A DNA stretch of 64,000 nt from Candidatus Bathyarchaeota archaeon (GTDB lineage Archaea; Thermoproteota; Bathyarchaeia; Bathyarchaeales; Bathyarchaeaceae): positions 104,238 through 168,237 of the forward strand of contig JAUWDY010000001.1 in NCBI GenBank assembly GCA_030608565.1. Reading direction: 5' to 3'. Below, one piece after another: positions 8,809-18,361 of this stretch (within the stretch, counting starts at the first letter, position 1; the number at the start of each line of letters is the position of its first letter). The position numbers and the translations under genes were made by a program. The notes under the pieces were generated by a model, which made no database searches, had not been told where the DNA came from, and saw only the letters and a program-made list of their open reading frames with translations.

Positions 8809-9207
8809 CTACTTCGCTCCTTTTATGGAATCTAGCCAAACCCCGCGTCCCGTCAGAATCTCGAAGTCTGGGCTCCCGCATTTGGGGCATTTCAGGTATG
8901 TGTGAGCAATTTCTGGGACAAAATGAATGAACTCTGACACGTCGTGATCCATGTTCTTCGTGCTAAACTTCCATTTGTGATTACAAACTCTGCACTTTAA
9001 CTCAGCCTTTACAGTTTCCAAACTAAATTTGGCGTTTTTGAGCATGGGAGACCGAAGTTGAGACAAAGCGAACTCGAATATTTCTTGGTCTATCTGCTGT
9101 AGTTCACCGATTTTGATTTTGAGTTCAATGACCTCTTTTAGTTCCTTTTCTTCCGCTATTTTAAGGGTAGTAGAGATCACTGCTTCCGCTAAAGCCCATT
9201 CATGCAT
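8809..9207 (-). CDS. hypA: hydrogenase nickel-incorporation protein HypA
   Basis: 132 aa. MHEWALA N-terminus (metal-binding MHE) and two CxxC pairs, CRVCNH...CPKCGS. Confidence 0.85.
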   Translation of the reverse strand: MHEWALAEAVISTTLKIAEEKELKEVIELKIKIGELQQIDQEIFEFALSQLRSPMLKNAKFSLETVKAELKCRVCNHKWKFSTKNMDHDVSEFIHFVPEIAHTYLKCPKCGSPDFEILTGRGVWLDSIKGAK

Positions 9208-9289
9208 AGTGAGCCTACAGACTAGTTATGTATTAAAATGTTGTTGAGTTGTTGCCACACGAGATTACAAGAAAGAAGAGGCTTGGATA

Positions 9290-10735
9290 TTAGAGGAAGC
9301 TGAGAGACCGTGCTTCCTTAAGGTAACTCTCTGCATCAAGTTTCCACGCTTTAACGTCAAATTCTCCTCTCGTCTCAGCGAGACCCTTCACAAAATTTCC
9401 AGCGTCCGAATCTTTCCACCAAACTTCACCGTAGTCCTGCCTTAATCTTTCTCTGACTGCTGCAACTCTAATGGACGCAATCACGTAGCTTGGCGAATAC
9501 ATATCGTAGCTAGGCATTACATGATGAAGCAACCAATAGTTTCCGGGAACCTCTATGAAAAACCGCTTGGTAAGTTCTTGCCACCGTTTTGCAGCTTCTT
9601 CGATGCTGTACCCCTTCTTCCAGAACTCCATCTTCATGATGCCGTTCGCCGCGTAAAATGTTAGGAACGCCAACTCCATGAATCTTCTACGATCAATGAT
9701 TTCATTGATGACTCTGTCCGATAGTTTTAGTTCTTGCTTGAGAAAGAGTGGGGTGTCAAGCATGCTTTCAATAAGGATGCTAAAGGTTTCAGCCACACTC
9801 CTGGGGACAACATAACGTTTCCATACAGGATCATCTGGATTAGCACATATGCCATGGATACCATGCCCGAACTCATGGAAGACGCTTCCAAAATCTGCGA
9901 AGGGTGATACTTTGCGGAAGCAGACTCGAACGTCGTTGGGAATCTGGATTCCATAGCAGAAAGCACTGGGGCTCTTCTTCTCGCGATCTTCAGCATCTAC
10001 CATGATTTTGGAAGGGTTAAATCCGAAGGTTACAAGAAACCTCTTGACCTCATCTAAGGCGTCTATCTTCTCAAAATACTTATTCAACGGCTCGTATATG
10101 TGACCTCGCCAAGTATAATAATCATCATAATATTCCATTTTCTTCTTGCCCAAAACCTCGGGTGCAAAATGTGCAGCCGCAGCCAGAAAAGTATCCTTGG
10201 CTCCATCCCCTAACCTAATGAGCAGATCCCGCAACTCATCGTATCTTATGCCTTCAAACTCCAAATAACTGTCCAGAGGAGTAAGATCATACTTCTCATA
10301 CACATCCTCTGAGATGCCCATCCGCTTCTCGACGAGAAAGGCTATGTCAGGAGCCTTCGCTATGAAATCGTCGAACACCTCCTTCCGCTTCATGTAATCA
10401 TCCGTCCCAGAGTTGAATTGACGCCAGTTCCCCCAATTCACCCTGCGACCTGCGATTCTATATTTCTCGGTAGATATCTTCTCCATCCGTTGATCATGGA
10501 GATCGAGTTCCGTCTCCAGTTTCTCAGCATCCGCAACAGTTGCTATTGAGGTCAAGTACATACTTCGAGGTTCCACAAAATTCCCAAGAAACTCGAGGCT
10601 AACCTCTATGAGCTGGTCCGAAAGCTTCTTCATCATACCCCTGTCGTAGGACAGCCCGGCCATTTGGTTGTAGCGTTGCTCAGAAAATTGAACCGTCAGC
10701 TTCTCATACCTTGATGCGATTTTCTCGAGCGACAA
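9290..10735 (-). CDS. M3-like (oligoendopeptidase F-like) zinc metallopeptidase
   Basis: 481-aa ORF with the HExxH motif as VFHEFGHGIHG. Family assignment is by general resemblance only. Confidence 0.55.
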   Translation of the reverse strand: MSLEKIASRYEKLTVQFSEQRYNQMAGLSYDRGMMKKLSDQLIEVSLEFLGNFVEPRSMYLTSIATVADAEKLETELDLHDQRMEKISTEKYRIAGRRVNWGNWRQFNSGTDDYMKRKEVFDDFIAKAPDIAFLVEKRMGISEDVYEKYDLTPLDSYLEFEGIRYDELRDLLIRLGDGAKDTFLAAAAHFAPEVLGKKKMEYYDDYYTWRGHIYEPLNKYFEKIDALDEVKRFLVTFGFNPSKIMVDAEDREKKSPSAFCYGIQIPNDVRVCFRKVSPFADFGSVFHEFGHGIHGICANPDDPVWKRYVVPRSVAETFSILIESMLDTPLFLKQELKLSDRVINEIIDRRRFMELAFLTFYAANGIMKMEFWKKGYSIEEAAKRWQELTKRFFIEVPGNYWLLHHVMPSYDMYSPSYVIASIRVAAVRERLRQDYGEVWWKDSDAGNFVKGLAETRGEFDVKAWKLDAESYLKEARSLSFL

Positions 10736-10918
10736 AATTCTTCTTCTCCAAATACTAGGTTATAGATTAACGAGTTTACGTTCTCTCACAAATATTACAA
10801 TTTTGGTTGACAACTCATCCGAATCTAAATCGACAATATGATAAGCATCCGCATGGTCTAAAGCGTGGGCCCTATAGACTTTAAAGTTGAGGTTTCGCTT
10901 GTAATTGCAGGGTGTGGA

Positions 10919-11575
10919 ATGACTGAAAGCCCCTCAATTGAGATTGTTGATGTAACCGAAGATCCCAAGTATGAGCGATTCCACTACTGGTGTATTTTTC
11001 ATACTAAGAAAGATTTTCCTGGAAGCTCCATTTACGAGAAGTATAGACATCGCCGTGAATATTTGGAGTCTGCGATTCCTAAGGGTTTTCGCAAGAAAGT
11101 TTTGTTCTACAAGGGTGACCATGCCGGTATGATCGAGTACGCGCCTGCAGAGGCTTCAGGCCTTCCTATTATGGGTGAGAATATTGTTGTGATGAATTGC
11201 ATTTGGGTTCACAAACGGGCTGCAGGACACCACTTTGGCAAACAATTAGTCGCACACATGATGGAGGATAAGAAAGGGGCAGCTGGGTTCGCCACCTTGG
11301 GTTGCGAGGAGTTTCATAGGGTGTATGTGAGAAAAGATGATATGGAGAGGCTTGGATTCGAATCCGTGGAGTCAATTAAGGTAAAACACAAGGGTATACG
11401 CAAGGGAGGATGCTTCACGACACACCTTATGTGGATGCCAGCAGCCAAGAATGCAAAACCGCCCTCATGGGATGAATCCAAGCTTCTTGAAGGTTTGTTC
11501 TTTTGTGAACATCACCCGCTCTATCATGGAAAACATAGGTGTGAAGAACTGAAGTATATCCTCGAAAAGTGCTGA
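10919..11575 (+). CDS. hypothetical protein with GNAT-like acetyltransferase core
   Basis: The ORF track starts at GTG 10865, but the ATG at 10919 (MTESPS...) is preferred. IWVHKRAAGHHFGKQL resembles GNAT motif A. Confidence 0.45.
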   Translation: MTESPSIEIVDVTEDPKYERFHYWCIFHTKKDFPGSSIYEKYRHRREYLESAIPKGFRKKVLFYKGDHAGMIEYAPAEASGLPIMGENIVVMNCIWVHKRAAGHHFGKQLVAHMMEDKKGAAGFATLGCEEFHRVYVRKDDMERLGFESVESIKVKHKGIRKGGCFTTHLMWMPAAKNAKPPSWDESKLLEGLFFCEHHPLYHGKHRCEELKYILEKC

Positions 11576-11713
11576 CAAATTTCTCGTTTGCCACGCATTT
11601 GCACACACTCCCCAGAACAGGTAGGCTGGGAGAGATCTGAACAATCACCACGGTAGAGATATCCCACGAACTCCCTTTTCTTCTTAAATTTTTTTGAACT
11701 GTTTGCTCATTGG

Positions 11714-12223
11714 CTACCATTGTTGACGGCGCACTCGCTGCTCGTCGTACTGTGTACGTGGTTCTTTTTCTTCCGCTGGATGACCAATAGAGATCAGGTT
11801 AAGAGGAACAATAGTCTCCGGAATGTTCAACACTTTCCTTATAGGACCGACGCGTTCTCCCCTGGGATAAACACCAAGCCAAACTGCGCCGAGTCCCAAC
11901 GCAGCTGCAGCTAAGAGAAGGTTCTCTGTAGCCGCAGAGCAATCCTGTACCCAATAGCGTGCTGAAATGGTCGTGTCGCCGCATACGACTATGCAGAGGG
12001 GCGCTTTGGACAGCATTTTGCCATAAGGATGAACCCTAGCCAGATTGTCTAGAAACTGTCGGTCGGTTACTACGATGAAGTGCCAAGGCTTGCGGTTTGA
12101 AGCCGAAGGAGCTGCCATAGCAGCCTCTAGCATTGTCTTGATGGCTTTTTCGCTGATCACTTCTGCAGTATATTCGCGTATGCTACGCCGAGCGAAGATC
12201 GTTTTGATCAATTCTTTTGTCAT
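11714..12223 (-). CDS. nitroreductase family protein
   Basis: 169 aa. RRSIREY near the N-terminus, APSASNRKPWHFIVV, and a conserved C-terminal region. Confidence 0.85.
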   Translation of the reverse strand: MTKELIKTIFARRSIREYTAEVISEKAIKTMLEAAMAAPSASNRKPWHFIVVTDRQFLDNLARVHPYGKMLSKAPLCIVVCGDTTISARYWVQDCSAATENLLLAAAALGLGAVWLGVYPRGERVGPIRKVLNIPETIVPLNLISIGHPAEEKEPRTQYDEQRVRRQQW

Positions 12224-12384
12224 CGATCACTCCTCAAAGACTATACGCATTGCTCACAGCAAGAAAAAGATAGCGGTGGGTGGGATTTGAACCCCACCAC
12301 AGTGGAGATATCCCCAGCAATTCCTCTCTTTTTTTCCCAGTGTTGACCTTTGCCAACAGACAATTGTTAATCTGAATTGTGTTC

Positions 12385-12597
12385 TCATCCTGTTAGACTT
12401 ATGAGCGCAATCAGGCCAAACGCTGTAATGATTATGCCTGAAACCCTGTTTATCCACTTCAGCTTCTCACCGCTGAATTCTGCACGAAATACGTTGGCAA
12501 CACCGCTCAAAACAAATCACCACAAGGCTGAGCCAGTAAATACACCTAAAACCAACAGTGCCACAGAGACAGAACTCACACTCCCGCCTCCAACCCC
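12385..12597 (-). pseudogene. remnant of the C-terminus of a LysE/RhtB-type exporter with an in-frame TGA
   Basis: Hand translation: GVGGGSVSSVSVALLVLGVFTGSALW*FVLSGVANVFRAEFSGEKLKWINRVSGIIITAFGLIALISLTG*. The stop sits where a Trp codon would fit. No N-terminal part is present. Confidence 0.4.
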
Positions 12598-12672
12598 TCA
12601 ATCCGGCAAATATCGTCGCAAAAGAAAGAGTTGTAGAATTTTCTCATACAAACCTCATCTACAGTGATATCT

Positions 12673-13287
12673 TTAGCTTAGAATTTGAGGTATGGCTTCA
12701 GTGATACCGCTTATCACAAATTGCACTGCAATAGCTAAGACGAGTATGGCCATGAGTTTCGTAACCACGCGAAGTCCCTCGCTGCCTATAAATTCACTTA
12801 TCTTAGAAGCGTATCTCATCCCCACGTATGACACAGCTATTCCTACCGCAATTGCTACAAGAACGAGAGAACCCTGTAGCAGACCATCCGCTTCAGAGGC
12901 GAGAAGAATAACTGTAGTGATTGTGCCCGGGCCTGCAGTGAGAGGAAACGCAAGTGGAACTATGGCGATGTCCTCAAGTTCCTCTTGAGAGTATTCGCCT
13001 TTTCTAGGATTAAGCATTCTGAAAGCAACTGTGACTAGTAAAATGCCTCCCGCTATTCTGAAGGAGGCGATCGTAATGTTAAATATTGAAAAGAGAAACT
13101 GGCCTGTCAAGGCGAAGAACAATAAAACTACAAATGATATCTGCATAGACTTTGCAATAATTCGGCGACGTTGACTCTCCTTCATATCTTTCGTCAAGGT
13201 GAGATAGATCGCAATAGTGCTAGGGGGTTCTAACACAGCGATAATAGAAGTAACTGCTAGCACTATAAACTCGGGTATTCCAATCAT
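12673..13287 (-). CDS. MarC family (UPF0056) integral membrane protein
   Basis: 204 aa with six hydrophobic segments and an overall MarC-like pattern (NPRKG loop). Confidence 0.7.
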   Translation of the reverse strand: MIGIPEFIVLAVTSIIAVLEPPSTIAIYLTLTKDMKESQRRRIIAKSMQISFVVLLFFALTGQFLFSIFNITIASFRIAGGILLVTVAFRMLNPRKGEYSQEELEDIAIVPLAFPLTAGPGTITTVILLASEADGLLQGSLVLVAIAVGIAVSYVGMRYASKISEFIGSEGLRVVTKLMAILVLAIAVQFVISGITEAIPQILS

Positions 13288-13837
13288 GACGATTCACTTA
13301 ACGTTTGACGGCCTCTAAGATACATCAATCGTTGCATTCTCTTAAAAACCGATTGATAAACTTATCTTCTGCAAGAATTTGCCGGATTAGAATCCGACCT
13401 ATCATGCCGTCAGGCTAGTTACAGAAAAATTACAAAAAATCTTTGCGCGGGGTTATATTAATGTCATCGCTGAGAGAGGAAGGAGGGAAGAACCTCTCTA
13501 CAGCTCTAAACGCTTTCTCCATTCTCTTTCAGTACCTAGGAAGCTAAAGAGTTGATTAAAAGGTAAACTTTACACGATTGACAGTTTTCATAATTCTTTT
13601 CATTACAGTTTTTACATAACAATTTGTTGAGTTCCTTAACCTCTGAATTCATTATTGTGATCCTCATCTCTAGTCTTATCTGAAGCCTTAATATACCATT
13701 TATTTCTTAAAACGACATATTCCCAACACGAAATTCTAAAAGCTCACACCATTAATTGTCATCTCTCCAGCAAACCTTCGCCTCAAAGCTTCACACGGTT
13801 GAAAGATTGGTTTATCGTGTTATCTTGTATTTTTGTT

Positions 13838-13872
13838 GAACAGTTAAACTGTTTTAGTGTTGAACAATTCAA
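13838..13872. promoter_or_regulatory. two short palindromes / direct GTTGAACA repeats upstream of the 13937 ORF
   Basis: AACAGTT-A-AACTGTT (13838-13852) and GTTGAA-CAA-TTCAAC (13858-13872). TGTTGAACA occurs twice 24 bp apart, 65-100 nt upstream of the ATG. Confidence 0.4.
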
Positions 13873-13936
13873 CAGAAATATTTATTAAATCTTAATACTT
13901 AATATATATTGACGAACAATACTGGAAGACAAGAAT

Positions 13937-14287
13937 ATGCATAATCCAAGGAGCCTCGTGTGCCCCTACAACAACTGTGCAAAAAAGTTTGACAAACTCA
14001 TTATGCTAACTGATGCAACAAGAATACCTCGAGGCACCTACTATGCTTGTCCCCACTGCAAGTCCCCAGTTGACATAGTCGTCGAAAACCAAAACTTACT
14101 TTCCATCAAACCCCACGGAAACGGAAAAGAAGCACCCCCAATGGGATGCCCATTTCACTTTGGATATCTAGCAGAGCTGAAACAAATATCCAAAGATTTT
14201 CCGACGCCGAAGAACTGCTTGGCATGCCGACAAATCACGGAATGCCTCCTCAACAATCTCGGACTCACAACTAAGCCGACAAAATAA
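13937..14287 (+). CDS. Cys-rich (zinc-ribbon) hypothetical protein
   Basis: 116-aa ORF containing CPYNNC...CPHC and CPFH...CLAC..C. Confidence 0.5.
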   Translation: MHNPRSLVCPYNNCAKKFDKLIMLTDATRIPRGTYYACPHCKSPVDIVVENQNLLSIKPHGNGKEAPPMGCPFHFGYLAELKQISKDFPTPKNCLACRQITECLLNNLGLTTKPTK

Positions 14288-14353
14288 TGTTCAATCCTTG
14301 AAACAGTTCACTAGGCTTTACGTTCCAATTGCGAGCATACTATGTTTTCTTTG

Positions 14354-15142
14354 TTAACACTTTACTTTTTCTTTAGCAATCACTTTCCGGAACGATTTAC
14401 CACATTCGGAGCATCGATAATAGCCTATAGTTAGCCTCAGCCTCTCTCCCGTTCTGCTCGGCCTACCAGCCATACTCCAAATCTTCTTCGGTCTCGTCTC
14501 AGTCCTGCATTGAGGACAGCTAACTAGAACAGCGGCTTCTGGATGGCTTACTATATCTATGAGCCGTCTCCTAAGATCTTCACCAGACTCCTTAACAGTC
14601 TCAACGGAATCAGCTAATGAAACAGCTCCAAGAGCGTCTCGAATCCACCTTGCGAAATCTCCTCTGTTTTGATGAAACTCTATAGAAGTCGCTGGTATCT
14701 CTGTGACCTTTTCTAGAAAGTCTTTCAAACTTACCGCAACCTGATGTAATGGCTGGTCCAAGTCTTCGTAGAAGTGAAAGCCTTTTTCAACCCCAACTTC
14801 TTTTTCGGCTACTATCAGGTATTCCCCCTTAACAATGTTGCATTTCGGAAGCTTGCCATATTTCTTCTTATACTCCTCTAAAATTTCCTTCTTTCGTTCT
14901 TTAGTGTTAGAAGTAAACTCTCTCTTATAATATTTCGTAGCAACTTTGCGCGGATCCTTCGAAAAGTGTGTCTCTGAATACTCTGCAAATTTTTGCTTAA
15001 GGTTTGAACTTTCTCCAACGAATATCAATCGATAGTTCTCATCGTAAAGTTCATACACAGCGGCTTTGGACGGAACATTTCTTGCTTTCTCACCCCAAAA
15101 ATAAAAACTGCCTGAGATTGGCATTTTCTTCACCTTGCACAA
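14354..15142 (-). CDS. hypothetical protein: degenerate GIY-YIG-like N-terminus, central conserved domain, C-terminal zinc ribbon
   Basis: 262 aa. AAVYELYDENYRLIFVGESSNLKQKF resembles a GIY-YIG motif. The C-terminus has CPQC...CSEC. Confidence 0.5.
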   Translation of the reverse strand: MCKVKKMPISGSFYFWGEKARNVPSKAAVYELYDENYRLIFVGESSNLKQKFAEYSETHFSKDPRKVATKYYKREFTSNTKERKKEILEEYKKKYGKLPKCNIVKGEYLIVAEKEVGVEKGFHFYEDLDQPLHQVAVSLKDFLEKVTEIPATSIEFHQNRGDFARWIRDALGAVSLADSVETVKESGEDLRRRLIDIVSHPEAAVLVSCPQCRTETRPKKIWSMAGRPSRTGERLRLTIGYYRCSECGKSFRKVIAKEKVKC

Positions 15143-15231
15143 ATTACTACGTTAGTCTATTAATAAGTCATTCATCAATTTTTCTCTTGCCAAGAAAAAA
15201 ATAAGTTAAGTTTCTTCTGAAGACAGTTGTT

Positions 15232-15642
15232 CTATTGGCGTACAGTGGATATTTGTACGTAAAATAGCAATTTTTCTCCACAGTAAGGACATAACTTGAA
15301 ATCCGGCAATACATCTTTCCCACACGAAGGACATTTCCTAGGGGTTTCCAAGTCTGTTTCCATTTTTCCGAGTTTCGCCCCCAACATCATCAGTTCAGCT
15401 TTTACGGCGTTTATGCTGTCTCTGACGTTTTCCGTGCTCTCTTTGACCTTATTAAGAAGTATACTATTAGATGCCACAGAATCATTAATCATTTCAAAAA
15501 CGTTTATACCAGATTCCAAATGAAGATCAACTGGATTCTCTTCTGATTTAGCGTCTGAAATTACTCTATTAATGAAAGCCGCAATCGGATCGTGAAACGC
15601 AATAACGCAACTCATACCGAAAAGAACGAATGTAAAAATCAT
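15232..15642 (-). CDS. membrane-anchored coiled-coil protein with C-terminal zinc ribbon
   Basis: 136 aa. N-terminal TM segment. CPSCGKDVLPDFKLCPYCG at the C-terminus. Its start overlaps the upstream ORF stop by 4 nt. Confidence 0.5.
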   Translation of the reverse strand: MIFTFVLFGMSCVIAFHDPIAAFINRVISDAKSEENPVDLHLESGINVFEMINDSVASNSILLNKVKESTENVRDSINAVKAELMMLGAKLGKMETDLETPRKCPSCGKDVLPDFKLCPYCGEKLLFYVQISTVRQ

Positions 15643-15854
15643 GGATGCCCAAAATACGATGCAGCACCTATTTCCCCAAACATATTATAAATCAATCCAT
15701 AAAATGGATTAAGTTTCAGCAGTGAATTTGTGCCTCCAAGCGTGAAAGAAAGAACAGCATCAAAAGTATGCAAAACTCCTAGAAAGGTTAAGAACCCAAA
15801 TATCCATACACATATTCCTTTCTTAACTGGCAATTCGAAACTTTCAGAATTCAC
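15639..15854 (-). CDS. small membrane protein (71 aa)
   Basis: Two hydrophobic helices. Overlaps the next ORF by 4 nt (ATGA type). Confidence 0.4.
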   Translation of the reverse strand: MNSESFELPVKKGICVWIFGFLTFLGVLHTFDAVLSFTLGGTNSLLKLNPFYGLIYNMFGEIGAASYFGHP

Positions 15855-16048
15855 TACATTTTTTCTATAAAGTTCTTCTATAAGACATATATTTCCAAAA
15901 TCGATATATTACCAAAAAAGAGCACTATGCTTATCACATTTTTTCTTCCGTAAGAGTCTACTATTCGAACCCTACTCGATGAACTACAATGCTTTTATAT
16001 CATCTTCCACAAAAAGTCAGTCCGTGATTATCTAAGACTTCCGATTAG

Positions 16049-16600
16049 GTGTTAGAAATGAGTGAGATTGTAGATCAAGACCGCAAGATGTTGGACAATA
16101 TGCCAAAAGACAAGCTGCTTGATTTATTCTTCCTGCACATCAGAAATCTATGGAGAGTAGACGGCCTATACTTCCTTGGAATAGAAGAGAAATTCGGCAC
16201 CGATGCCGCTACGGAGATAGATGCAAATTGTTGGCGACTGATGGGAAAACTAGAAGCTAGAGCGCTTAAAAAGACGTTAGGAATGAAAGGAAACGACATT
16301 GCTTCCATGATACATGCGTTAAAGAACACAAGCTGGGCGCTGGACCAGCGAGACAAAGAAACTGAGGTATCAGAGACTAGAGGCATTTACAGAGTAAATA
16401 AATGCAGAACACAGCTGACAAGAATCCGCAAGGGACTTGGAGAGTTTCCCTGCAAAAAAGTTAGATTCGGCTATCTGAAAAGCTTCGCTGAAGAAATGAA
16501 CCCAAACATAGAAGTGAACTGCAAGATCTGCCCACCAGGTGAACACCCTCAAAACATTTGGTGCGAATGGGAGTTCAAGTTGAAAGAGGATAAGACATGA
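16049..16600 (+). CDS. conserved hypothetical cytosolic protein
   Basis: 183-aa ORF with ordinary composition and C-terminal Cys residues (CKICPPGEHPQNIWC). Convergent with hyuB. Function not recognised. Confidence 0.55.
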   Translation: MLEMSEIVDQDRKMLDNMPKDKLLDLFFLHIRNLWRVDGLYFLGIEEKFGTDAATEIDANCWRLMGKLEARALKKTLGMKGNDIASMIHALKNTSWALDQRDKETEVSETRGIYRVNKCRTQLTRIRKGLGEFPCKKVRFGYLKSFAEEMNPNIEVNCKICPPGEHPQNIWCEWEFKLKEDKT

Positions 16601-16612
16601 AAAATGCCCATA

Positions 16613-18361
16613 CTATTCGTTTTTCATTTTCTCCCTAAGTATTTTGGTGGCTTCCCAATCGATTTTCATTGTCTTCAACTCGATAATGACCCCGTAATCA
16701 TTTCGAACAGAATCCAGTGAAACTAAGTCGTTGATGACATCCCTAAGGACCAACTCTGGTTTTCGCTCCAGTGGATCACCGTAGCCTCCTCCACCCGGTG
16801 TCCTGACGACGAATGTATCGCCCTGGCTCATTTTTACCGTGCATTTCGACTTCAACTTAGCCTTTCTGCCGTCCCGTTTTAATATTAGATATTCGCCTTT
16901 GGCTCCAGGCTTACCTCCATATAATCCCCATGGAGGAAACTTGTTTCTTTCAGCCAAGACAGAGAGAGTAGCAGAAGGGGCAAGTAGCATCCAACTTCGT
17001 TCCACGCCTACACCACCTCTCCACTTGCCGGGCCCGCCACAATCTCTCCTCAACTCGTACTTGAGAAATCTTATCGGGTAAATCCCCTCAATCGCTTCAA
17101 TAGGCGTGTTCATCGTGTTCGTCATATGCGTATGTATCGCGTCTATACCATCTGATCCCTGTCTGCCGCCAAAACCGCCTGCAATCGTTTCATAAAACGA
17201 CCAAGGCTTACCAGTCTTAGGATTAACTCCTCCCACAGACACGTTGTTCATGGTTCCCTGGCACGCCGCACAAACTCTCTTCGGAACGATCTGTGCAAAC
17301 GCCTTTAACAAAACATCCACATTTCTTTGAGAGGTCTCCACGTTTCCCCCGGCTACCGGAGCTGGCGAGACAGGGTTCAGGATTGTTCCTTTTGGTGCAT
17401 AAACCTCAACTGGTCTATAACAGCCGTCATTTGTAGGTATCGTGGGGTCGGTGACGCATTTTAGAGTGTAGTAGACGCCGGAAAGCGTGACTCCCCATAC
17501 AGCATTGATTGGCCCGTCAACTTGGCTGTCCGTGCCTGTGTAGTCAATTTTCAAGTTACTTCCTCGGACGGTTACAGCGACTTTTATTTTAACGGCTTCA
17601 TCACTAACCCCCGTATCCTCCAAACAGTCTTCGGCCTCGTACTGTCCCTCAAGCATCTTATCTATCTCAGCCCTCATCATTTTCTCCGAATAATCCAAGA
17701 CTGCTTCGATGGCTTCGTGGAGTACATTGACACCATATCTTTTCGCGATTTCAACAACCTTGCGTTCGCCGAGAATGTTGGCCGCCATCTGAGCTCTTAA
17801 ATCACCCATCATAACATCGGGGGTTCGAACATTACTCAAGATAAAACCTGCAAGGTCTCCATCGATTTTCCCTTTTGCTACGAACTTAACAGGAGGTATG
17901 ATAATGCCCTCTTGATACAGTTCAGTGGCGTCGCCAGCCATGCTTCCGGGAGCTTTGCCACCGACATCAGAATGGTGTGCCTTGTTCGCTACGTAGCCAA
18001 TTATCTCGTCATCAAGGAAGATAGGGCTAATCAGCGTGATATCTGGTAAGTGGGTGCCACTGATGTAAGGGTCATTAAATAGTATCATGTCACCTTCTTC
18101 AAGTTCTCCCTTGAAGTACCCTAGTCCTTCTTGAACTGCCCAAGCCATAGATCCAAGGTGAACTGGGATGTGCTCAGCTTGGGCTGCCAGCCTCTTTTTA
18201 TGGTCGAAGATGGTGCATGAACAGTCCATTCTTTCTTTGATATTGGGAGAATAGGCTGAGTTTCTTAGCGTGATTCCCATTTCCTCAGCTGCGTATGTCA
18301 AAGCACCTTTAATCACTTCAACGGTTACAGGGTCAACTTTCAACCTGTTTTCCTCCTGCAA
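16613..18361 (-). CDS. hyuB: hydantoinase B / oxoprolinase family protein
   Basis: 582 aa. N-terminus [12 protein letters not shown]...EEMG and overall HyuB-type sequence. Overlaps the hyuA stop. Confidence 0.85.
   Translation of the reverse strand: MQEENRLKVDPVTVEVIKGALTYAAEEMGITLRNSAYSPNIKERMDCSCTIFDHKKRLAAQAEHIPVHLGSMAWAVQEGLGYFKGELEEGDMILFNDPYISGTHLPDITLISPIFLDDEIIGYVANKAHHSDVGGKAPGSMAGDATELYQEGIIIPPVKFVAKGKIDGDLAGFILSNVRTPDVMMGDLRAQMAANILGERKVVEIAKRYGVNVLHEAIEAVLDYSEKMMRAEIDKMLEGQYEAEDCLEDTGVSDEAVKIKVAVTVRGSNLKIDYTGTDSQVDGPINAVWGVTLSGVYYTLKCVTDPTIPTNDGCYRPVEVYAPKGTILNPVSPAPVAGGNVETSQRNVDVLLKAFAQIVPKRVCAACQGTMNNVSVGGVNPKTGKPWSFYETIAGGFGGRQGSDGIDAIHTHMTNTMNTPIEAIEGIYPIRFLKYELRRDCGGPGKWRGGVGVERSWMLLAPSATLSVLAERNKFPPWGLYGGKPGAKGEYLILKRDGRKAKLKSKCTVKMSQGDTFVVRTPGGGGYGDPLERKPELVLRDVINDLVSLDSVRNDYGVIIELKTMKIDWEATKILREKMKNE

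Noticed and set aside
13288-13936. AT-rich 650-bp spacer as a replication origin
   Set aside because: I could not find repeated ORB-like boxes, and there is no orc1/cdc6 gene adjacent. The short palindromes are better explained as promoter/operator elements for the 13937 ORF.
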